From the NCBI RefSeq assembly GCF_018350175.1, contig NC_058368.1:47680001-47744000 (forward strand): a DNA stretch of 64,000 nt. The letters run 5' to 3'. Under the pieces are notes generated by a model. It had not been told where the DNA came from, searched no databases, and saw only the letters and a program-made list of their open reading frames with translations. Positions within the stretch are counted from its first letter, which is position 1. Each line of letters starts with the position of its first letter. Shown here piece by piece: positions 49,080 to 61,636 of this stretch. This DNA comes from Felis catus. Its lineage: Eukaryota. Position numbers and translations under genes: made by a program.

Positions 49080-52000
49080 AAGGTTGTTCCGTTTTTAGCC
49101 ATCTTCATGCTCATTGTCAAATTGTCCTCCTCAAAAGTTATATGAGTTTACTTGACCATCACCAGTAGATAGAAGTCCTGAAGCGCCAGTATGGGTCTTA
49201 GCACTACACATTTCATTGACAAGTTAACCTCCAAAAGGGTACTGTGCAGTTCATTTGAGCATTCACTGTGCACGGCCCCACGGTAGGGCCATGACTGCTT
49301 TCGTCAGCACATGTGTAGCCATTGGCTCAAAACATCACTCATTGTGATGCTGGCGATGTGGCCTCCTTAGTGTTCCAAAAGATTGTTTGGTATGACGGCC
49401 TCACTTCAGGGTTTTTCTCTCACCTTTCCTATCATGTTTGGAGTCAGAATTCAAACACTGTACAGTTTGAGCTACAGTATGCCTGGCCTATAACTTGGTT
49501 CAAGGCATTTATATTTATGTCATTTTTGTCTGCTTATTATACTAACAAGGTGGAAAAAGCTATCCCAGTCCCTCCCACAAGGTAAAATTCTGGGTTTTAG
49601 TTTTGTGTGTGTGTGTCTATTACTAGACTTTTAAAAATAGGTTAGATAAATAACAGTACATTTAGGATTAAGTACACACAGAGTTTCATGAGATAGTTCG
49701 TAAAGAATATATTTAAATCCAAACTTAATATAAAATTTTATTTCTTGAGAACTGTGGTGGGAGATAGTGCAAAAGTAGACCATTAACTTTTTTCTTAAGA
49801 TAACCTGTTAATTTATACACAAAAAAGGTATATTAATCCTATTTAAATTACATATTTTTTCAACAAAAGGGATGAAAAGGCCATCTTTTCTTGTGTCTGT
49901 TAACCTTTGAGTCAAAATGGTTGGAATTTTGACTCCTCTCAGTTGAAGCTGCCATCGACCGTGTCCTTTTCTCAATGACTTTTTATTTAATTTGAAGGGC
50001 GGCTTAAAACAGTTCCATTAATGAAAACATTAAAAGATTAAAAACGTGAAATGTTTCAGAGGACAATAATTTTGTTTTTTTATGTGTCTATTGATACAAA
50101 TTCGAACACTTGGTAGGCTATCAATATCAAGAAAGTCATTTTAAATCGAATGATCTTACCCCAGAGAAGATTATACTCCCTTAGAAAAAAGGATTTTTTA
50201 CTCATTCTCGTGCTTTTCCTGTAGTTCAATATCACTTGGTAATTTGATTCTGAATTTATGGAAATGGAATATTCCATGAATATTTTCCAAAGTGAATAAA
50301 ATGTCTAAAATTGTCCTCATTTCAAGCTCTCCCTGACATTTTGGCTGAACAACTGAACACAGATACTTTTTTTTGCCGTGTCTTCTTATGAACGTTGCCC
50401 GAGTGATAGCTTCATATTTCTCTCATCTCATCATTCAGAAGCTATTTATCCATGTTTTTCCACTGCCTCCTTTAAGTCTCCTCCCTGCCCCCCCATCACT
50501 GAATGCCTGTTCAGCCCCCACACATTCAGGCGTATTTATTCCCGTAAAGATAGTGACACTTATGGTTTATTCTAAGACTAAATCTGTGTTGCCCAGTGAC
50601 TAAGGACTTAAGCATGCACACTGCTTCTACGCTTACCCTCCTACCTAACTTGACGACTCAACTTTATTTTTTTCCCTCAGAATTTTCTGTTTTGGCACAC
50701 TTCAGTTAACATACCACTGCCAGGCCACTAATTGATTTCTGAAACCTGACATTTGTTTTTTGTTTTCTCCTATCTTCCCTAATGGTACAGCACTACTAAG
50801 CAGGAAGGAATGCAAAGAACTAGAAAGTTCAAAGTAATTGAGGATCTGTCCATTCACCCTGTCTGGCGTCATGCCAATGTAGAACCTGGAACATTTGAAA
50901 AATATTTATCAAGTTTTAACCCTTTTTACTAAGGTTGATGAACCAGGTTTTCAGCGGTAGCATTTGTGTTAACAGCAAGGCAGCTTGGTTGAACATATTC
51001 CTTATAGGTTCAGAATCGCATGGCAAATGTCTCAGAAAAGGATTACTTTCTGATTTCTGTGCTATTGTACAGGGCTAAGCCAGTCATTTTCTGTGAGACT
51101 GCCGAGCCAGGCATTTGAGAGAAACCATTACTTAAAAGTGGCAGCCCTATGTTATGAATCCTTATGTCAGAAATGAAATTTAAATAAATGCTACTGGAGT
51201 TGAACAAAAAAAGATTGTATTCCACTTTTCTACCAAAAGTGTGTTGTGAACACAACAGTAGCTAGGTTTGTATCTGTATTCATTACGAAAAGTGGAAATT
51301 GAAAAAAATTAACAGGACTTCACAAATATTTTATTAAAAGCTTACCAAATGGCTGGGTTTTGTTTTGTTTTGCTATTGAGAAGGCATTTGTAAATGAAAG
51401 CATGTTAAAAAATGGTGTGAGATATACCAACATTTCCAGTAAAATAACTGGATTTTATGGCAGTGAAAACGTAGGTTGAGATAACAGGCCACTGATGCTC
51501 TGATAAAAAAGACAAAAGAAAATGTTTAGAGAGGCTTAGAGGCAAATTAAAATATAAATAGATACCAAATCGTATTGAACCTAAGTTAAAAAGAGTATGA
51601 AAGTTCTCTTAAGGCTTTATCACACTCAGTTTTGATCATGTTATCAGCATTATAACTAAACACCTTTCAATTTCAATTTTTAAAAAAAGTAATATTAAAT
51701 CCCGAACCAATTCTGTAATGTTTCTAAGTTATTTAATTACATACCTGGGCTCAATATTAGAGAAAATCAGGACAGCTTTGGAAAGGTGAAGGTGTATACT
51801 ATGGGACTGTTTGCTTAGAAAAAACTTGCAAAAACACTTATTAAATACTACTTTGGTGACACGAAAGTAGTCGTCAACCATTGTCTGGAAGAAGTGATCA
51901 CAGCCATAAAAATGAATCATTTATTAGCAAGAAGGAAATGAAAAGGAGAAAAAATATTTTACAGCGTGATTTTGCTTTCTAATAATAGATTCCTCTAATA

Positions 52001-53159
52001 TTTCATGTGTATATTATGTTTTTAATCTACACATTGAAATGAGATCCACACTTTTAGTAGGTGCACTCTTTGAACATTTTTCTAAAAACTCATTTTTGTT
52101 TGTTTGAAACTGTTATCCCGTGAAGTGTGAGTAGGCTATTGTATATGTAAAATTATCTCATGGCATAGTGTGCTGTCAACATATATACATATGTAGTGAA
52201 ATACCAGGCATTTTTATTGCAGTTTATTGTTCCGGCTTCTCAATAAGTCAGATAAAATCACATACAAGACATTAAGGATTAGGAAAGTGTTTTCCTTAGG
52301 TGATTGTTGGCAAAACTTCACCTTCCCATTAGAATATAGTTAATGGATGGTAATATATTTGACTATTACTTTCCTACAAAATTGGATTCCCAGTTTTTAG
52401 AGCTGCTGCGTGTCTAATGTTTGTGGCTTCTTTGGTTATCTCTTCGTAGGAAAAGGTGCCACAGTGCTAGGTAAATGTGCTACGTTTTTGTTTGGTAAAT
52501 ATTAAACTGCATTTTTTTGAACATAAAGTGCTAGCAACAACAAGTCAAAGATGTAATCACTATTTAAATACATTTGATCTAGTCAGTCGTTAGTGCTTAA
52601 ATTAGATTCCATGCTTCTGCTGGAATATTTACAAAAGCGTAAATATTAAAAACTTCAAAATCCCTATGGTCCATCCCCCTCCTCTCCATACACAGATACG
52701 AGGTAAAATGTGTATAAACTTCTTCTAACCGTTTAAATACTGTAGGGAAAAACAAGCTTTTATGCAAAGGCTTAAAAAAAAAAATACTTGCCATTACACC
52801 TTTTATTTAGGACATTCCGGATTTGCTTTGCTAAATGGACATATTCACTACTAAAGATACACAGAGACAAGGGCTGTTTTTAAATTTGTTTATCACACCG
52901 CCCCTAGTTTTCCGCTAAAGAAAAGTACATTTTGTATATTTAAAAATACACACTCATGAAATAAGTCTCTAAAACCCTTGGCGCCCCCACCTATCTGCCT
53001 TCTGGGTTTCAGCCTTTGAGTTTCAGGTCCTTGCACAACACCTAAGACGTGCAAAACTCTTTTTCTCCCTAATCCTGGCAGAGAACAGTCCGAGGAGATC
53101 TCCCTCCACGTCTCCACCCTAATTCCCTCTCTTCCTAGATTCCACTCGCTTCTCTCCTT

Positions 53160-53430
53160 TCCTCCGCCCCCGGCTCAGTCAGCCCAATCTGTCAGAGAAG
53201 TTGTGTACAAACTGCGCGGCCGCCCTGCGCGCGAAAGCTCGTGGCCCGAGAGGGCGGGTCAACCCGGCAAAGGCGGGGCCCTGGGCGAGCTTCCCTTTTC
53301 TCATAGGCTAGCCACTCCGGCCCGGCCGGCCTCGAGGCTTCGGGATTCGCCGCAACCCTGCCAATCAGGCTGGCTGGACCCGCCCCCCCGGAGTTGGGTA
53401 AAATAGAGGCGGGCGTCAAGTGTCAGTAGT
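53160..53430 (+). promoter_or_regulatory. KLF5: KLF5 proximal promoter
   Basis: CCAAT at 53184-53188 and 53361-53365, several GC boxes (ccgcccc, ggcgggg), and a weak TATA-like taaaatag near 53399. TSS is likely near 53427 by similarity to the recalled human 5' UTR start (TAGTCGCGGGGCAGG). Confidence 0.75.
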
Positions 53431-53760
53431 CGCGGGGCAGGTACGCGCGCTCGCAGCTCGCTCGCGGAGACCGGCGGTGGCGGGAGTGGGCTCCGGCGAG
53501 TGAGAAAGCGCGGCGGGGCGGGGCGGGAGAAAGTGGCCGCCTGGAGGACGTTGGCGTTTACGCGTGGCGGAGCGGAAGAGTTTTGCTTTTCGTGCGCGCC
53601 TTCGAAAACCGCGCCTGCTGTTGGCTGAGGGGGTCCGCCCGGAGCCTCCCCTTCTCCGCCCGCGGCCCCGCGCCGAGCTCGCCGGCCCGAGTCAGCGTGG
53701 GCGAGGTGGGAAGCGCGCCCGACCCGCGTCCCGCGCCCGGAGTCGCCCCCTTGAGTGCCA

Positions 53761-54021
53761 ATGGCCACGCGGGTGCTGACCATGAGCGCCCGCCTGGGAC
53801 CCGTACCCCAGCCGCCGGCCCCGCAGGACGAGCCTGTGTTCGCGCAGCTCAAGCCCGTGCTGGGCGCCGCGAACCCGGCCCGCGACGCGGCGCTCTTCCC
53901 CGGCGAGGAGCTGAAGCACCCGCACCACCACCCGCAGGCGCAGTCTGCGCCCCCGCAGCCGCCGCAGCCGGCGCCGCCGCCCGCCGCGGGCCCGCGGCTG
54001 CCCCCCGAGGAGCTGGTCCAG
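53761..54021 (+). CDS. KLF5: KLF5 (Kruppel-like factor 5) exon 1 coding part, codons 1-87
   Basis: MATRVLTMSARLGPVPQPPAPQDEPVFAQLKPVLGAANPARDAALF...PPEELVQ; donor CAG|gtaggg; 261 nt. Confidence 0.97.
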
Positions 54022-56369
54022 GTAGGGATAGCCGCTCCCCTCCCTCCGCCCCCCTCCCGGAGCTCGGGCGTGTCCCGCCGCTGCGACGCGCGGGCGACAG
54101 GGGCCGCTCCAGGCTGGGGCGTGCGTCGGGGCGCTCCGGGAGCCGGAGCTGGGTGGGCAGCCCCTCCCCGCCCTGCTGTCCTGGCCTGGGCACTCACAGT
54201 CCGCAGGGACAAAGTGGGGGGACCGGAAGAGGGAGGGGTGTCCCAGATGAGTCTCCCCAGGCGGGTCGGTGCGAGGAAAGGGTAGAGGGGGACGGGTGCT
54301 CACATGCACCTTAGTGTGTCTTAGTTTGGGGGATGAGACCTCGCACCTCACGTCCAACCTTACTTAACTCCCGCCTTTCACCTTAAAGCCCCCCTCCCCC
54401 CCGCTCAGTGTCCTGCCCTCGGATGTCCCCCCCCCCCACCGTCGTCTCGGGTTAGGTGTAAACACGTAAATCGGGGTGCCGGAGAGAGGCGCCTCGGGGT
54501 GCTAGTTTCATGTCTCTTGGCTCAGCCTGCTTTAGAGGCGATCTCGGGGCTGCCTTTGGGAACCGAGAGTTAGAAAAGCTAAGGTCGTATTGGAGCGCTT
54601 ATTTTTCCTTAAAAAGAAAGACCAAAAAAGACCGGGGGTGTTGTTTTCTTCATGTGCGCGTAAATTTCCTCCCAGAGCCGCGTTGAAAGCTGGCAGTTGG
54701 CTTTTACACTTGCCCGGCAGCCGAATTAGAGCAACCGCCTGTTTCTTTCGCCCACGCAGGGAGTCATATAGCCCAGAAAAAACTTCCCGGGACTTTTAGC
54801 CTGTCCCAAGGAAAAAAAAAAAAAAAATTGGAAACATACCCACATGCAAACAGCTGGAAGAGCTAAAATCAGAAACCACTAACCACCACGGGAGCGAAGT
54901 GCACGAAAGGGTTTAGTTCGGTTTATTTCGAGACGCTTCATTTAATAGCCCCTTGGTATATTGCGTATTTGCTGCCCAGCTCCTGCTCCGGGTGGGCTGC
55001 GAGCGTCGTCGTGCTGTGAACGGGCAGTGGCATTTGTCAGAGATGTGACTCACATGACTAGAGCGTTAATTTTTATTTTTAAATCGCGTGTATCTGGGAA
55101 ACCCAGTCTGCATCCGCACCGAATGATACCGAGTCCGATATGAAACGCTTTTGAAATTAAGTAGTAGCATATATATATATATTTGTGTATGTGTATATAT
55201 ATGTATATAATGCCATGGTTAATAGTTCAGTTGGATGAGCCATTTAATTGGTGGATTTTTTTTCTCTCAAAATTTACCTTTCAATGTTGAAAGATTAAAA
55301 TAAAAATGAACTTTGTTATGCTAGAATAGAAGATAGCTGTAAAAAGACTGGGTGAGACAAGCTGGATTATGTCCTTAAAAAATCACCACTTGGAACCGGT
55401 TTGGCTATTTCAGGTTTGTCACTTTTCTGCTTAAGAGACACCAAGAGGATGAGGGATGATTGAGCTTTTTACAGAGTAGGGGGGAATGTAACATTGGCCC
55501 ACTGAGGAGGACGTGATAAATGTTTTGCTGATGACTGTGCTAGTGATACAGCAGCCTCTCCCCACCCACGGGCGCCTTAGCACCACTCTACCAAGGGAGT
55601 GATTTTCCCCTAGGTAATTAAAGATCTGTTTTAGATAGGGATATGAATAGGAACATTTCATTATCATATTAACCAATTACAGAATCTGCTGATTAAAATC
55701 AACATTTAGATCAAATGTTGAAAGTGAAGTTTTGTTCTTTCAGTGGATACGGTGTTTTGCTCAAGACTTCGTATTTAAGTTTCCAGTGACCTATAAATGA
55801 GAAAAGGCCCTGAAATAGCCAAGGAGTATGTTTTATATTAGCTATTTTAACAATATCTATCCAAACAAAACAGAACTTTGCAATATTATTTTTAAGGTTG
55901 GTTTGCTTAGGTTTTGTTAAACATACCTATATTAATATAAATATGGCACGAACAGAGTTGAGGTGGTTTGGCAATATTACAATACTGTACTTAAGTTGCA
56001 AACTCAATTGTAATGGGGCAGGGAACCCTGCTCGTATGTGAGTTATAAAAAAGTACACTTTATTAGTCATTAGAAAGGAACATGTTTTCTGTTTGCCTTT
56101 TTTTTTTTCCTTGATTTGCCTCTTTCACTTATTGTCCGGGGCTGATTGTGGGAGCGATTTTACCAAATACATGTTGTAGAGAATTTCATGAGGCTTTCCG
56201 TAAGCCAGTTCTTACACAACTGACAAATAAACCTGATATGTTTGTAGGCAACACCAAGGAGTGTGCCCTAGTACTTCTCACAGGTATTGTTGGGATTTTT
56301 GGTTAAGTTTGTCCTTACTCGGATGATGAATTAGGTGGATTATGCATGTTTGTATCTCTTCTTTTCTAG

Positions 56370-57243
56370 ACACGATGTGAGATGGAGAAGTATCTGACAC
56401 CTCAGCTTCCTCCAGTTTCTATAATTCCAGAGCATAAAAAGTATAGACGAGACAGTGCCTCAGTCGTAGACCAGTTCTTCACTGACAGTGAAGGGTTACC
56501 TTACAGTATCAACATGAACGTCTTCCTCCCTGACATCACTCACCTGAGAACTGGCCTCTACAAATCCCAGAGACCGTGCGTAACACACATCAAGACAGAA
56601 CCTGTTACCATTTTCAGCCACCAGAGTGAAACGACCGCCCCTCCTCCGGCCCCGACCCAGGCCCTCCCTGAGTTCACCAGTATATTCAGCTCCCACCAGA
56701 CCGCAGCTCCAGAGGTGAACAATATTTTCATCAAACAAGAACTTCCTACACCAGATCTTCATCTTTCTGTCCCTCCCCAGCAGGGCCACTTGTACCAGCT
56801 ACTGAACACCCCGGATCTAGATATGCCCAGTTCTACAAACCAGACAGCAGTAATGGACACTCTTAATGTTTCTATGTCAGCCGCCATGGCAGGCCTTAAC
56901 ACACACACCTCTGCTGTTCCGCAGACTGCGATGAAACAATTCCAGGGCATGCCCCCTTGCACATACACAATGCCAAGTCAGTTTCTTCCACAGCAGGCCA
57001 CTTACTTTCCCCCGTCACCACCAAGCTCAGAACCTGGAAGTCCAGATAGACAAGCAGAGATGCTCCAGAATTTGACCCCACCTCCATCCTATGCTGCTAC
57101 AATTGCTTCTAAACTGGCAATTCACAATCCAAATTTACCGGCCACCCTGCCAGTTAACTCGCAAAGCATCCAGCCTGTCAGATACAATAGAAGGAGCAAC
57201 CCTGATTTGGAGAAACGACGCATCCACTACTGCGATTACCCTG
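56370..57243 (+). CDS. KLF5: KLF5 exon 2 (874 nt): transactivation region, degrons and start of zinc finger 1
   Basis: Acceptor cttttctag|ACA, TRCEMEKYLTPQLPP...LEKRRIHYCDYP, donor CCTG|gtatgt. Contains IKTE and IKQE SUMO motifs, the SPPSS phosphodegron and the PPPSY motif. Confidence 0.98.
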
Positions 57244-58197
57244 GTATGTGACTTTTTTACCTGGTTGAAGCATCAGTACGTATGCCTTGTGTGCACCTGT
57301 AACCTCAGGTTTTAAATTTACATAAGGTAGTGGTTGACACTGAAAAAATCACCTACTTTGTCCTTTTCCTATCTCAGTCTCTGTACTGTACCCTAGGATG
57401 TAACTGTTTGTCTGTTGCTTGTTTTTACGTATTAGGAAGTGGCTAGGATATTCTGGAAAAAAGTTACTTTGGACTTCTTTATTTTTAATATTAAACAAAA
57501 TTTTGCATTTTGAGTTAGGCCAGAGTTCCTTTGTTTAAACACCTGAATTGGAATTTCAATTCTAAATTAAGTTCCCTGAAAAGAGATTAAGTTGAGAAAA
57601 TAAAGCATGGTAATGAAGTGGGGAATGAATAGGCTGCTCTCATGATGGCAGTTTACAGGACTCTCTACAGAACTGATTTAAGGATGGTTCTGTTAGCATA
57701 TGAGCGTACATTTGTTCTTGAATGAGATGTGGCCCAAAACATAAATTGATGATGGTAATGACTTTATCTACAAGTTGCTGGCATAAGCTAGTTTATGGTT
57801 AATACAGGGTATAATTTATTGACCATGGTACACAATACAGCATGATATACTAAATGAAAAAACAAGAAATGTAGTAGTACAGAAAACTGCAGTCATCTTG
57901 GATAATGGTTTAACATTGTCTGCTCTAGAGCCATTAAAAGTTTTTAAATCGCTGAAGTATATGTTACTAGTATAAAGCACCTACTGTAATATAAACAAAA
58001 ATTTCCCATGTGTAGCTCACTTGATTATCTGCTCTTCCTGTTAAAGTGGTACATAAAGTAAATCACTTTATACCTTTAATAAGGTAACAGGGGAGCACTC
58101 TTGAAAACTTCTTTTAAAACTGACGCTTCAAATATCTTCTAGCATGAGAGATTTCTTCTTTAAAGCCAGATTTTAAACACTGAATCATCAAATGTAA

Positions 58198-58317
<120 letters not shown>

Positions 58318-60613
58318 TAATTTTCTTGTTAATTCTGTGAGTTGTGTAAATAGTGTAAGTGGTATTCATCCTTTTAAAAGCCAACACGTGTTTGATCTCT
58401 TCTTTCTTCTGTCAACTTTTATTTTTTAATGGCCTACCTTTTCAGCACTGGCTTGGCTCAGAATTCAGTTCCACGAAGAAAAGTCTGGTTCCAGGAAGGC
58501 TGATGTTCCCTTAGCAAGGCCTTGCCCTGTCACCTCACGCAGAATTAATTACCTGAAAACGTAAACAATGATGTTTACTAATGGATTTTAAAACTTTAAT
58601 GGCACTGCTATTCCTGTCTTGAAGGAAAAAAATGTAACTCGTTTTCTTTCCTCCATAACAAAGCAGTCCATAAGCTATATAGTTCCGTATAGTTCCCTAA
58701 GCTATATTCAGTGCTAAAAACTTTTCCATTTAGCACGTGAAGCATAACTGCTTAATACGGTGTCTTTAATTTCACCTTTAACCTGAAGTTTTTGTTTAGC
58801 TTGTTTTCTGTGGTTGATGAATGAAAGGTAGGGCAGAAACTGCAGAGTATTAAAGCCAGGCAAAGATGGGGTCATGGTTTAAAAGTTCTTCTGCACCCTG
58901 TGCCAGCCCATATTTGAGGTATTTGGGACTGTGTCTTTATTCTGGCTTATATTTCATCCTTGTTTAGAATGTGCTCTTAAGCTTAGTCACTTTAATTTTA
59001 TAAATGTTTGTTTTGTCGGGCCTATACAATCACTTTTAAGTGCTTTTTAATTTTTAAACTGTATTTTAGAACCCATTTTAGGACAAAACTACATGGCATG
59101 CTTAAAAAGCTTCCAAATACCCAAAATGTTTTCAAATATATAGGTGATTAACTATTTGTGGTTTTCTGAAAAGGCCAACCCTGAAGGAAAGAACTTATAC
59201 AAAATGATTGTTATTTTGTTCTCTCAGTAAATTCAGCCTTACCTAAAGTTCAAAGAATAAGTTTGCTAATAAAAGCAATGACCTAGCAAAATGTTTTATT
59301 CCATCATTGCTATGGAAACCAAAGTATTCAACAGTTCCTTTGAATGGGTCGTTGGATTAGTGTGAGAGGACTTGAATCTCCCCAGGCTAGATGTTACTAT
59401 GGAAATTGAGTTTTGATAAATGAAGTAGTTATCTCTAACTGCTGCATTAAAAAGTAAAAGCCTTTGAACAAAGGTCAGTGCTGAGATACAGGACTGGGAG
59501 GAATATGGCTGCAGACATTTTGTATGCATGTAAGGAAGTATTACTTGATATCTCAGTGATAAACGGTACTTATTAAAATCTAAATAGTGTTGGCAACAAC
59601 TGTAGATTCCAGGACTTTCTGAGAAATTGCTTTTAAAGAAAAGACATCTCATGGTGTTTATCAATGAAATGAATGGGTTGTTTTGGCCTGAAGTTTTTAG
59701 ATAGAGACAAGGTGATTATATAAAAGGGAAGACCCTACATAAGCAGCTCAGAGGAGAAATTATATTTATAGTTCAACAAATAGCCATCAAGCTTATAATA
59801 AACTCAGTCTGAAGTTTTCAAATGCAAATGATGGCCAAGAAAACATTCCATATAGAAATATTAAAATAGCCACTTATAGAATAAATATTATATTAGAGAA
59901 GGAAACATTGAAAATGAATTTTTATCTGGATTTTGATTCATGGGAAATGGAAATAAATTTGAGACATTTGAACTACTGTTTTTTTCTTCTTTGAAAGTCC
60001 TTGAAATGGGAGGTAGGAAGGAGGGAATGTGTTTTTCATGAGGTTAAAGTCTCCTAATAAAAGGAGTGCAATTGCATATCATGCTGTAATCAACTGCTTA
60101 TTGCAGGGATGTAGTCCGAGCGTATCTGAATGGCCTTACAACCCTTGTCAGGGTTTAGTGCTCGGAATGCTTATAGCTGGGATTCTGGAACTTGACCTGC
60201 TGGCAAAGAAATTTAATAGCGAGCTGTCTTAACAATGCCCTTACTAATAAAATCAAACTAAAAAAGAGGACTCAGGCCTAGTTAGGGTCCCATGCTCACC
60301 TGATCATAAATGCGTGGCCATCGACATCTAATGAATGAGACCATGTAATCCAGTTTAATAAAGTTTTGTTTGATAGTTTCTCAAATGCCTTGGGGAGGGT
60401 TTGTAGTAGACTTGTTCATCTGGCTAAACCCGTTCTTGGGTAATCATAGAGCATTGAGGTTGTTTTCTCCTCATTTCTAGTTTCTAGACAATGTCTTTTA
60501 AAATTACCTGTGCTCTCATTGCATCCTCCCTGCCTTGCTTGTTTTTTAATGAATGTATCTGAAGCCAGAAAATTCTTGTTTTGTTTTTTTCTTCTTCCTT
60601 TTAAGGCCCTCGT

Positions 60614-60697
60614 CTTTCTGTCTTTCTTTCTGTCCTTCCTTCCTTCCTTCCTTCCTTCCTTCCTTCCTTCGTCTTTCTTTCTGTCTTTCTGTCTTTT

Positions 60698-60733
<36 letters not shown>

Positions 60734-60812
60734 TCCTTGCTTCCTTCTTTCCTTCCTTCCTTCCTTCCTTCCTTCCTTCCTTCCTTCCTTCCTTCCTTTT
60801 CTCTTTTCTTTT
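60614..60812. repeat. Compound (CTTT)n/(CCTT)n pyrimidine microsatellite in KLF5 intron 3
   Basis: About 200 nt of almost pure C/T on the + strand. Confidence 0.95.
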
Positions 60813-61636
60813 TAGTGTTTATATATTTTTGAGAGAGAGACAGAGTGCAAGCTGGGGAGGGGCAGAGGGAGAGGGAGACACAGAAGCCAAAACAGGCTCC
60901 TTGCTCTGAGCTGACAGCACAGAGCCCGACATGGGGCTCGAACTCACAAAATGTGAGATCATGACCTGAGCCAAAGTCATATGCTCAACCAACTGAGCCA
61001 CCCAGGCGCCCCAAGGCCCGGGTATTTCTAAATAACTTATTTTATATAATACCTTTTGTGGGTTTTTTTGTTACACGCCCCCTGCTGCACCCCCCTCCCG
61101 ACCCTGCCCTGGACAATTTCTTAGGAGATTTTTAAAATAGTCTATATGGGATAGATCTGGTATTTGATATAAAAATTACTTTTTAAATGATTGCCATTTT
61201 GCAGGCAGAATGTGAAAAGCACCATAGCATTTCTTTGGAATATAATTGTAATTGCTTTAAAATGTCAAGTTACCTTATGTTGTAAAAATGATTTAAGCAA
61301 TTAAAACAAACTACATCTGAGTTCTATTTAATTACTTATTCTGGATTTTTAGACAGTAAATGCTTCTTAACTTGCAAATTGAACATAAGGAAAATGGTCT
61401 TTGCAAATCAAGACCTTTTTTATTTTTTTATTTTTTTTAATGTTTATTTTTGAGAGAGAGAGAGACAGACAGAGAACCAGAAGGGAAAAGGTAGAGACAG
61501 ACACAGAATCCGAAGTGGGCTCCAGGCCCCGAGCTGACAGCAGAGAGCCTGACATGGGGCTTGAACTCACAAACTGCAAGATCATGACCCGAGCCAAAGT
61601 CAGACGCTATACTGACTGAGCCACCCAGGTGCCCCC
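60813..61636 (-). mobile_element. Two antisense CanSINEs in KLF5 intron 3: 60813-61012 and 61415-61636
   Basis: SINE motifs; the second has TSD caagacctttttt. Confidence 0.93.

Larger units (their letters stand above)
53160..55150. promoter_or_regulatory. KLF5: CpG island over the KLF5 promoter, exon 1 and start of intron 1
   Basis: Abrupt switch to very GC- and CpG-rich sequence (core ~53200-54300), tapering by ~55150. Confidence 0.92.

Noticed and set aside
53301..54357. Long alternative-frame and antisense ORFs (303, 243, 221 and 114 aa) over KLF5 exon 1
   Set aside because: Expected from stop-codon scarcity in a very GC-rich island; low-complexity Gly/Ala/Pro/Arg products with no recognisable domain.
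60510..60909. Phe/Leu/Ser-rich membrane-like ORFs
   Set aside because: Translations of the CTTT/CCTT microsatellite.
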